Under the pieces are notes generated by a model. That model made no database searches. It saw only the letters and a list, made by a program, of their open reading frames with translations, and was not told the DNA's origin. The position numbers were made by a program, and so were the translations under genes. A stretch of 32,000 nucleotides of DNA from Candidatus Saccharimonadota bacterium (GTDB lineage: Archaea; Nanohalarchaeota; Nanosalinia; Nanosalinales; Nanosalinaceae): positions 660,001-692,000 of the forward strand of contig NZ_CP180230.1 in assembly GCF_047555085.1 (NCBI RefSeq), written 5' to 3'. Each line of letters opens with the position of its first letter. Positions within the stretch are counted from its first letter, which is position 1. Positions 8,750 through 15,357 of this stretch are shown piece after piece.

Positions 8750-9502
8750 ATGTTGTACATGGAACCACTTCAGATAGGGATTTTACTGGGCGTCCTCGCT
8801 TTCTTCGCTCATATAGTCAAAGGCCTGACGGGATTCGGGCCTGCGATCGTATTCGTATCGATCGGTTCCATGATCTACGATCCTACAAAAGTGATCGTTC
8901 TGGCCTCTTTACTGGATATAATCGGAGGAAGCTACCTCTCAATACTGAACCCTGAATTCTTCGAAAACAAAAAATACTGGGCGCCGATAGGCCTTTTAAT
9001 GGTTACAGGAGCAGTAATCGGAGGAGTAGCACTTTCAGTAATCCCTCCAGGCCTGTTCGAATACCTTCTCGGCGGAGCAATTATCCTGATCTCTTTCTGG
9101 TTCCTCCTCGGAAAATTCAAGCCGGAAGAAGGCTCAGAAGGCACAGAGAAACTCCAGGTACTTGACGGAGCAGTCGGAGCATTCGCCGGATTCTGCGGAG
9201 GCTTCACAGGAATGGGAGGCCCACCACTCGTAGTCTATCTTGGCTCAAAATTCCGGAAAGAACTCTTCCGAGCAGTAGTAGTCCCTATCTTCCTGCTCGC
9301 AGCAATCGCCAGATTCTCTACCTACGGCTACCTCGGAATGATAGACACCTCAAACATCTACCTCTACATACTACCTCCAACAGGAGTAATCCTCGGAAAC
9401 TACCTCGGAAACCAGCTATTCCAAGAAGTCGAACAGAAAAAATTCACAATCCTCATAGGCCTCATACTCATGATCTCAGGCCTCAGACTAATACTCGGAT
9501 AA
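8750..9502 (+). CDS. TauE/SafE (DUF81) family anion exporter, integral membrane protein
   Basis: The 250-aa protein is very hydrophobic with multiple helices. It shows the two-half repeat architecture and G-rich helices (GLTGFGPAIVFV, GFCGGFTGMGGPPLVVYLG) typical of this family. Confidence 0.8.
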   Translation: MLYMEPLQIGILLGVLAFFAHIVKGLTGFGPAIVFVSIGSMIYDPTKVIVLASLLDIIGGSYLSILNPEFFENKKYWAPIGLLMVTGAVIGGVALSVIPPGLFEYLLGGAIILISFWFLLGKFKPEEGSEGTEKLQVLDGAVGAFAGFCGGFTGMGGPPLVVYLGSKFRKELFRAVVVPIFLLAAIARFSTYGYLGMIDTSNIYLYILPPTGVILGNYLGNQLFQEVEQKKFTILIGLILMISGLRLILG

Positions 9503-9540
9503 ACACCAAAAACTCAACGTATAGAGTATAAAGTTGAGAA

Positions 9541-9557
9541 TAAAATTTGGCAGGACC
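9541..9557 (+). repeat. Left copy of direct repeat TAAAATTTGGCAGGACC
   Basis: It matches 11955-11974 (TAAAATTTTTTGGCAGGACC) apart from three extra T. Together the two copies bracket the two minus-strand genes at 9637-11849. Confidence 0.4.
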
Positions 9558-9636
9558 TACAAATGTCCTAGAGAACTTGAGAACTTCGTCAAATCAAGAG
9601 AAATGAAGGCTCCTCCTAGGCCACTTTCAGTTTAAA

Positions 9637-10155
9637 CTATTCGAAAATATCTTCGGTTGTTTGGGCTTCTTTGAAGTCGCCAAGAGTCGTGTACATCAGT
9701 CCTTGCGGATACTTATTACGGTATTCTATTGGGTCTTCTAACCTGTATAAGCTATTTTCTTCAAACACTATCACTTTCTTATCCTCATCATATTGAGCAT
9801 CTTCTGTGTATGACTCTGCTGGCCTTGCTAAGTCAGCTTCATCCACAGGCACAATTTCTTTTACTTTAGCAAAATATTGAACTTCTTTAGCATCTCCCGT
9901 GACATACATCCCCACATAGTTAGGATTCTGACCTACTCTGACGAACCCCCAAGCATTGTTCTCTTTCAAGAAGTTAAGGCCTGATTGACGGGTTGGAAAT
10001 ATGGCAACCTGTTCTTCATTATCTCCTTGAATCTGTGACCTTTTTATTCGACCTACAACTGCATTCGTTTCTGATTCATCATCTTCTGTTTTCTCAGGTA
10101 CTTCTTGTTCTTCATCTAAAATATTATGGCCTTGTTCTTCAATAGACTCTGCAAA
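9637..10155 (-). CDS. Unknown-function domain ORF, probably the frame-shifted C-terminal continuation of the upstream nuclease-like gene
   Basis: The track ORF (9637-9969) starts at TTG. The same frame stays open upstream to 10155 with no ATG or GTG and codes plausible protein (FAESIEEQGHNILDEEQEVPEKTEDDESETNAVVGRIKRSQIQGDNEEQVAIFPTRQSGLNFLKENNAWGF...). It overlaps the end of ORF 10116-10802 by 40 nt in the -1 frame. Confidence 0.55.
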   Translation of the reverse strand, partial: FAESIEEQGHNILDEEQEVPEKTEDDESETNAVVGRIKRSQIQGDNEEQVAIFPTRQSGLNFLKENNAWGFVRVGQNPNYVGMYVTGDAKEVQYFAKVKEIVPVDEADLARPAESYTEDAQYDEDKKVIVFEENSLYRLEDPIEYRNKYPQGLMYTTLGDFKEAQTTEDIFE

Positions 10156-10802
10156 TCATCGATGAACTCTTTTGATTCCTGTTCAACTGTTTGAACAGCG
10201 ATATTTCCAATCTCATTCTTTATGAATCCGGAAATTTCGTTGGCTAAGTCTTCTTTGTTATCTCTAAGCGAATGAACGGAGTCTTCAATTTTGCTTATCC
10301 TTTCTGCAATTTCCTTAGAACTTCCTGATTCCACTGCTTCTTTACTCAGTGCTTCAAGTAATTTCAACTGAGTATCGAGATTGTCATGTGAGACTACCTT
10401 AAGAGACTTTACCTCAACCATTTCGCCATTTACTTCTCTCTTAAGAAACTGGAACTTTTTTCCGTTCGTCAAAATACCCCAGTTAACATTTTGAGTTATC
10501 ATGTACGAAGAGAGTTGTTCCTTATATTTTTCTTTAAGTCTCCTGCTTTCTGGTTTTGCCTCTACAAAAATATCAGGAGATTCACGAGCAATCAACGCAT
10601 AATCTACCTTATTTGTGCCTGAACCTGACTTGACAGAATATTCCAATTCAACATCCGTACTAAATGGCCAATCAAGAACATTCTCAATAAATGGTCTAAT
10701 CAACTTAGCTTTAGTGTTTGCTTCATCCATCTGCTGGTTATCCTCAAGTACCTCACAAGCAGCAGACTGAAACTCCCGGACTTTCCTAATATCCATAATC
10801 AA
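10116..10802 (-). CDS. HSDR_N-like PD-(D/E)xK nuclease-fold protein (type I restriction enzyme R N-terminal-domain family) with coiled-coil tail
   Basis: The N-terminus (EANTKAKLIRPFIENVLDWP ... NKVDYALI ... IFVEAKPES) matches the HSDR_N pattern, with D...(E/V)xK core residues. The C-terminal ~80 aa are helical and acidic. Confidence 0.65.
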   Translation of the reverse strand: MIMDIRKVREFQSAACEVLEDNQQMDEANTKAKLIRPFIENVLDWPFSTDVELEYSVKSGSGTNKVDYALIARESPDIFVEAKPESRRLKEKYKEQLSSYMITQNVNWGILTNGKKFQFLKREVNGEMVEVKSLKVVSHDNLDTQLKLLEALSKEAVESGSSKEIAERISKIEDSVHSLRDNKEDLANEISGFIKNEIGNIAVQTVEQESKEFIDDLQSLLKNKAIIF

Positions 10803-10868
10803 GAATTTACTAACAACTTTACTAAAACTGTTGCCAGTTTATGGAATTTTGAATCCAGTTTTGGATAA

Positions 10869-11849
10869 TTACAAAAGCTCATCTACTAGAATTTCTAATC
10901 TTTCCTTAACATTGATTACATCTGATTTAGCAATATTACCAGTTTTGTGATGAGCTATCCACCTTCTTTCAGCACTATTCATAGTTTTCAACTTACTCAT
11001 GGTTTTCTGTGAAATATCAGCAGTGTTATCCAACTCTTCAACCAATTCCTTAAAATAATAGTAGTCTCCTTCATCTTTTTCTTCTTCGATAATATCTATA
11101 TCATTCTCTTTGTTCAAATAACAGATAATAAGCCATTCTATTGAATGCACATACGAGCTTAAAGCAGAATGCAATAAATTCTCTCGATAACAGGCATTTC
11201 CTTCATCTACATGTGTGGTTACCTTCCCTCCGTACTCTAACTTTTCTAAAGCAGCTCTTTTATCAGAATCAAGAGAACTTTGAATTACTTCTTTTCTTGT
11301 CTGAGGCTCAAGTAAGGGTTCTGCCTCAAAATTAGACATTACCCTAGAAACTACCTGCTTAGTTGTATTGACCACATCTCCTACTCTTTTCCTAGGTATC
11401 TCACTTATTACGCCTTGTCTTCTCTTCTGAAGAATAGATGGCACAGCTGTAACATTTACTTCATAGCCCTCTCTGTCCTCACTCGGAATTGTTTTGAATT
11501 TAATCTCAATTGTAAAAGGCAAATCATTTCTAATAGATTTTAATCTTTCGAAGTACCTCTTATCCGTGAATTCTTTGTCAGAGATGATGTTCAAGAGGTT
11601 TTTTATCTTAAGACCGATGCCTAAATTGGCAGCACTTTGTTCCAAATCCAGTCTAAATTTAATTGACCGACTAGCATCAGCAAACTCTGGAAAATATGGA
11701 TTTATTTCCTCGTCTGGCAAGTATCCTTCTCTGGCCATTTGTTTCGAAATAAGAGTCTTCAACTCCTTGACAGTGTCATTTCCTATCTCTCTATACAAGA
11801 AATATTTCCCTTCTACTATGAGCTCTTCCGGTTCCAAGACATCAGACAT
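10869..11849 (-). CDS. Hypothetical protein with possible C-terminal HEPN-like helical domain
   Basis: This 326-aa ORF ends in ~120 aa that look like a helical bundle. That region holds an Rx4H motif (NSAERRWIAHH) in a position typical of HEPN. I do not recognise the N-terminal ~200 aa. Confidence 0.55.
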   Translation of the reverse strand: MSDVLEPEELIVEGKYFLYREIGNDTVKELKTLISKQMAREGYLPDEEINPYFPEFADASRSIKFRLDLEQSAANLGIGLKIKNLLNIISDKEFTDKRYFERLKSIRNDLPFTIEIKFKTIPSEDREGYEVNVTAVPSILQKRRQGVISEIPRKRVGDVVNTTKQVVSRVMSNFEAEPLLEPQTRKEVIQSSLDSDKRAALEKLEYGGKVTTHVDEGNACYRENLLHSALSSYVHSIEWLIICYLNKENDIDIIEEEKDEGDYYYFKELVEELDNTADISQKTMSKLKTMNSAERRWIAHHKTGNIAKSDVINVKERLEILVDELL

Positions 11850-11954
11850 AATTCTTAGTCTCTAGCAAAGGGTTAACTATCTGTTGGAGCTAAAATCATA
11901 AAATCCAATTTCGAGGTATAGAGGCTGAAAACCAAGAAAATCAACAGCTGATGG

Positions 11955-11974
11955 TAAAATTTTTTGGCAGGACC
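11955..11974 (+). repeat. Right copy of direct repeat TAAAATTTTTTGGCAGGACC
   Basis: See 9541-9557. This copy lies in the divergent intergenic region between genes 10869-11849 (-) and 12172-13245 (+). Confidence 0.4.
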
Positions 11975-12038
11975 CGTCTACTCCACCCGGTCCGGGGAAT
12001 CTTCCTGTAATATACAATAATATTGACTATATTTTTAT

Positions 12039-12056
12039 ACTATTTCCTGAAATAGT
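12039..12056. promoter_or_regulatory. Near-perfect 18-bp palindrome ACTATTTCCTGAAATAGT (candidate operator)
   Basis: 16 of 18 positions are self-complementary. TTGACT hexamers flank it on both sides (about 12023 and 12064). It lies ~115 nt upstream of the ATG at 12172. Confidence 0.35.
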
Positions 12057-12171
12057 TCGGGCGTTGACTCAATAAATAATCATCGAACTATAGAAGTAGC
12101 TAACTCCTATCGGTTGCAATGCTCAGAATAAACAACAACTTTTATTTTGGCCATTTACCCATTCTGACAAT

Positions 12172-13245
12172 ATGTCAAAACAGGGAGGGAGAACTCCTAG
12201 TCCACTCAAGAGCTCAGATAGCCGGTTAAATGAACGCATTAAGGGGAAAAATGAAGTTTTCAAAGTCCTTCTGGAAGAAACGTTTCAACCTACGGGATTT
12301 TTTGGTTCACCTACAGAGCACTCCGAGGACACTGATGAAGTAGAAAATGGTGTTGTCAAGGATGCCGCTAAGAGTTGGTTTGATCCAACAGCAGATACGG
12401 ATGAAGTAGTGGAGAAGGCTGTTTACTTTGATTTAGATGAATGGGAAGACGGTACAAGACTTGGCCGGCCCACGAGAGGGAGATATATCTCTCAAAAACT
12501 TTTGGCTGAGAAGACAGATAAGGATCAAAGTATCGTCTCAAAGGCGAAACATACTTTCAATTCAGATGAGTATTTCGGAGAGGAAGATCTTATAATATCC
12601 AAAAATCCGCCAGAGTATAGGAAAGAATATTTAGCCATTAATACTGATGCCTTTCTAAATTTTATGATTAATCTATTCGAGAAATCTTCCTTCAAAATGT
12701 CTAAAGATGAGAAAGAGGCGTTCAAGAAATTTCTCTCCTCTTTTTACAATCCTGAGAGCATATACGGTAAAATAGATGGTGAACTGCAGTTTCTGGCATT
12801 GAAACGTCTTATATTAGATTGCGAGAATCTTTATTCGGACTATCAGAAAAGAGAGGAAGATGAATACTTTCAGGAATTATATGATAAAGTAGCTGAGCGG
12901 CTATACGAAGAAATCTATGAGCAAGAGGATAAAGTCCAAGTTGATATCGATGGAGAAAAGACGATAGATGACGGTGAATTCGTAGAAGAAGTAATTCCTT
13001 TCGTGAAGAAATTTCTGGCCTTCAGTGAACTTGAACAAATCTTAAATCAAGAGGACTTTCGCCAAGCTGAAGACTCTCTTTTGAACTATATTAGTATGAG
13101 AAAGTGGGGAGATGCTGAGTTAGAAGTAAACGAAGAAAGGAGAGATCAAATAGCCGAAACTATCGTGAAAGAATTCGATGAACACGATGCTTACAATACT
13201 TCAACAGAAAGTTCATTGAAGTCATTTCTAAATTCATTGCTTTGA
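12172..13245 (+). CDS. Acidic hypothetical protein with a possible XRE-like helix-turn-helix
   Basis: This 357-aa ORF contains RYISQKLLAEKTDKDQSIVSKAKH, which resembles an HTH_XRE motif. I do not recognise the rest. Confidence 0.55.
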   Translation: MSKQGGRTPSPLKSSDSRLNERIKGKNEVFKVLLEETFQPTGFFGSPTEHSEDTDEVENGVVKDAAKSWFDPTADTDEVVEKAVYFDLDEWEDGTRLGRPTRGRYISQKLLAEKTDKDQSIVSKAKHTFNSDEYFGEEDLIISKNPPEYRKEYLAINTDAFLNFMINLFEKSSFKMSKDEKEAFKKFLSSFYNPESIYGKIDGELQFLALKRLILDCENLYSDYQKREEDEYFQELYDKVAERLYEEIYEQEDKVQVDIDGEKTIDDGEFVEEVIPFVKKFLAFSELEQILNQEDFRQAEDSLLNYISMRKWGDAELEVNEERRDQIAETIVKEFDEHDAYNTSTESSLKSFLNSLL

Positions 13246-13301
13246 CATTTCAAGTGCTTTTTGTCAATTCCCGGAATTTCGGGGCGTAGAGCTTTGACAA
13301 A
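13239..13301. promoter_or_regulatory. Three TTTGACA(A) half-sites (direct, inverted, direct) with a nested GC hairpin; candidate operator/terminator
   Basis: GCTTTGACA occurs at 13239 and 13291. The inverted copy TTTGTCAA lies at 13260-13267 and is complementary to TTGACAAA at 13294-13301. CCCG-GAATTT-CGGG sits between them. The region lies between the 357-aa gene stop and the wHTH operon. Confidence 0.4.
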
Positions 13302-13327
13302 TATGTTTAGAACTGTCTAAAGATCTC

Positions 13328-13335
13328 TTTATAAA
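13328..13335 (+). promoter_or_regulatory. Candidate TATA box (TTTATAAA) for the small-gene operon
   Basis: It lies ~44 nt upstream of the ATG at 13376. Confidence 0.35.
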
Positions 13336-13375
13336 CTCCTTCTTCTCGAACTGGGGATTCATAAGGTAATCAATT

Positions 13376-13582
13376 ATGGAAAAACTACACCCTAAAGCTG
13401 AGGATCTCCTAGAGATAATCCAAGGTGAGAGCTTTGGCTTATCACAGAGAGAACTTTCGAGAAAATCGAACTATTCCCGTCCCACAGTACGTAAGTACAC
13501 GGAGGAATTATTGCGAGACGGACGGATACGAAAAATTGAAAAGGGGAATATGGCTCTCTACGTGACGAGTCAAGGTGAGTAA
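13376..13582 (+). CDS. Winged helix-turn-helix transcriptional regulator (small, MarR/ArsR-like)
   Basis: In this 68-aa ORF, GLSQRELSRKSNYSRPTVRKYTEELLRDGRIRKIEKG fits an HTH followed by a wing. Confidence 0.7.
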   Translation: MEKLHPKAEDLLEIIQGESFGLSQRELSRKSNYSRPTVRKYTEELLRDGRIRKIEKGNMALYVTSQGE

Positions 13583-13583
13583 G

Positions 13584-13721
13584 ATGGATGAGAAAGTAAA
13601 GGAGATCCGCAGGATCATATCGGAGAACTCAGGGATCGTCGAAGCCTTGTCGCCAGCAGAGCAGAAAATCGTCGAGTCCATTATGGAGGAAGAAGGAGGT
13701 GATTACGATGGAGAAGCTTAA
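13584..13721 (+). CDS. Small acidic hypothetical protein (45 aa)
   Basis: This ORF is not in the track because it is shorter than 60 aa. The ATG sits 1 nt after the preceding stop. It encodes MDEKVKEIRRIISENSGIVEALSPAEQKIVESIMEEEGGDYDGEA and overlaps the next gene, so it fits the tightly packed operon. Confidence 0.45.
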   Translation: MDEKVKEIRRIISENSGIVEALSPAEQKIVESIMEEEGGDYDGEA

Positions 13722-14016
13722 AAGGTCGGTCTCCAGCGACTTCGAAGAGGGGCTACACGGAAAAGATGAAGAGGACTGGCTGAACGTAAACATCTCGATG
13801 AAGCCCCCTCTCCTGAACTTGATAGATGAGGCCTTGGAAGAACAGCCCTTCAGTTCTCGATCACGGCTTATCAGGCGATGGATAAGGCAGAAAGCGAAAG
13901 CCGAGATGGCTGAAGACGGTGACGTTGAGATTGAGGCCGTACTTGACAGAGCCGAGGAAGAGGATTTCGATATCGAAGATTTTGATGACAACAGTGGGGA
14001 TGACGATGAAGCTTAG
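13699..14016 (+). CDS. Ribbon-helix-helix (CopG/Arc/MetJ-like) DNA-binding protein with acidic tail
   Basis: LNVNISMKPPLLNLIDEALEEQPFSSRSRLIRRWIRQ fits the strand-helix-helix pattern. The start could instead be the ATG at 13708. Confidence 0.65.
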   Translation: MITMEKLKRSVSSDFEEGLHGKDEEDWLNVNISMKPPLLNLIDEALEEQPFSSRSRLIRRWIRQKAKAEMAEDGDVEIEAVLDRAEEEDFDIEDFDDNSGDDDEA

Positions 14017-14107
14017 CTGCAGATCCTGTCGTCAGAAGATGACAGAACTTGTGGAAAAAGTCTTCGTCTGTAAGGAATGCGGATGTAAAGTAGAGGTGGA
14101 AATTTAA
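14000..14107 (+). CDS. Small zinc-ribbon protein
   Basis: MTMKLSCRSCRQKMTELVEKVFVCKECGCKVEVEI has two CxxC pairs. It overlaps the previous gene's end, and its stop overlaps the next ATG (TAATG at 14105-14109). Confidence 0.5.
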   Translation: MTMKLSCRSCRQKMTELVEKVFVCKECGCKVEVEI

Positions 14108-14862
14108 TGGAATCAGGAATTGAACATCAGAGTTCTTCTTTCTTGGACGACCGATTAGATGTGGCCGATAGTTGGGAGTTCGTGAAGAGCTGGCGCCCGA
14201 AGGCCTACGAATCTGTTGCGAACAATGAAGGATTTTCAGACATATGCAGGAAACATATAGAGGAAGATGGTTCGTTCCTCGAGATAAAGATTGACCGAAG
14301 TAGGAACGAGCCACCATCCAGAGATAACGCAGCCCAGAGATCAAGCAAGGATGACGAGGAACTGGCAACTAAAGAAGATCTACAGAGGATGAGAGAGCAA
14401 ATTACAGCCATCATTGAAGACAAAATCGAGGAGGAGATGTCATCCCTACGACATACACTGAATAAGAGTACTGCAGACTCTTCTTTCTCAGAAGGGACAG
14501 TTCTCGATCAGTACTCTAAAGATGTAAAGAAGGAGTTCTTGACCAGAGTAAAGGAAGCCGGAAGCAACGGCCTCAAAAAGACAGAAATAATGGAAATTTT
14601 CAATGTTAAAGTCTCCAGAGCGAATGAATTACAGCATCAGCTTGCAGCCGATTTACCCTACATCGAGTACGAACAATCGGGTTCTGATCCGGGCCTCACT
14701 CGACACAAGAAGTCAGCCTACGTAGAGATACTCTCAAAATACACAGATTATTCAGCAGAAGAGTTAAAGAATCAGGAACTTAAGGTACTGGAGAAGAACT
14801 ATGAAAAGTTAAAGAATAATATTCAACAGGGAGGGAAGACAAAGAACATAGCCTTCCTTTGA
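14107..14862 (+). CDS. Hypothetical protein, possible C-terminal wHTH
   Basis: This 251-aa ORF is translationally coupled to the upstream gene. The segment GLKKTEIMEIFNVKVSRANELQHQL looks HTH-like. I recognised no family. Confidence 0.55.
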   Translation: MESGIEHQSSSFLDDRLDVADSWEFVKSWRPKAYESVANNEGFSDICRKHIEEDGSFLEIKIDRSRNEPPSRDNAAQRSSKDDEELATKEDLQRMREQITAIIEDKIEEEMSSLRHTLNKSTADSSFSEGTVLDQYSKDVKKEFLTRVKEAGSNGLKKTEIMEIFNVKVSRANELQHQLAADLPYIEYEQSGSDPGLTRHKKSAYVEILSKYTDYSAEELKNQELKVLEKNYEKLKNNIQQGGKTKNIAFL

Positions 14863-14864
14863 AT

Positions 14865-15274
14865 CTTCCGGTCTCTTCCACCGTAAGAAAGTAAGAGCTG
14901 GGAGGGGGTCCCCCCTTGCCGCAATCTCACACTCTCCATCTGCAACAAAAATTTTGCTTTATAATATAATTATATAACATTGTTATACTATTTTTTCTAA
15001 TATACAAGATTTATTATCTCTCTTTCTTCCACCGTAAGAGACCGGAAGAACATTCTTAGAATATTAAGCTCCATACTATGACATATATACAGCACCTCTC
15101 CGCTACAGTGGATGTAGATGCCCTTCCGAATTAGTATGGTGTGTTACTAGTGTTTCTCCACCATAAGCAATTCTCACTCTCTCATCAGAAACAGCGCCTT
15201 CTTGCATAGGTTCGATAGTCTTGAAAACTCTATGAAGCATATCCTATGATAGCTGAGACGCTTCCACTTCCGGG
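14865..15274 (+). repeat. Array of four TTCCAC-type boxes around an AT-rich core (iteron/ORB-like; candidate origin or element junction)
   Basis: Box 1 is TTCCACCGTAAGA at 14876-14888, and the identical box 2 is at 15027-15039. Box 3 is TCTCCACCATAAG at 15165-15177, and box 4 is CTTCCACTTCCGGG at 15261-15274. All four are on the + strand. CTTCCGGTCTC (14865-14875) is the reverse complement of GAGACCGGAAG (15038-15048). A G-string GGGAGGGGG followed by TCCCCCC lies at 14900-14915. The stretch 14945-15020 is almost pure A/T. The sequence after box 3 (CAATTCTCACTCTCTCATC) matches the sequence 34 nt after box 1 (CAATCTCACACTCTCCATC). Confidence 0.55.
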
Positions 15275-15357
15275 CAAATTAGAAGACTAAGAGTTGTAGA
15301 TTAAATACCAGATACTACAGGAGAGACGTTGAAAGAACGGAAGAAAAGACAGAGAAA

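Noticed and set aside
10116-10155. Programmed -1 ribosomal frameshift joining the two nuclease-gene frames
   Set aside because: No canonical slippery heptamer or obvious downstream structure is visible in the 40-nt overlap. A mutation, a sequencing error or a TTG restart are simpler explanations.
13629-14423. Minus-strand ORFs of 120, 165 and 72 aa opposite the small-gene operon
   Set aside because: They are Ser/Pro/Arg-rich antisense frames of acidic plus-strand genes. The plus-strand genes have recognisable wHTH, RHH and Zn-ribbon patterns and coupled starts.
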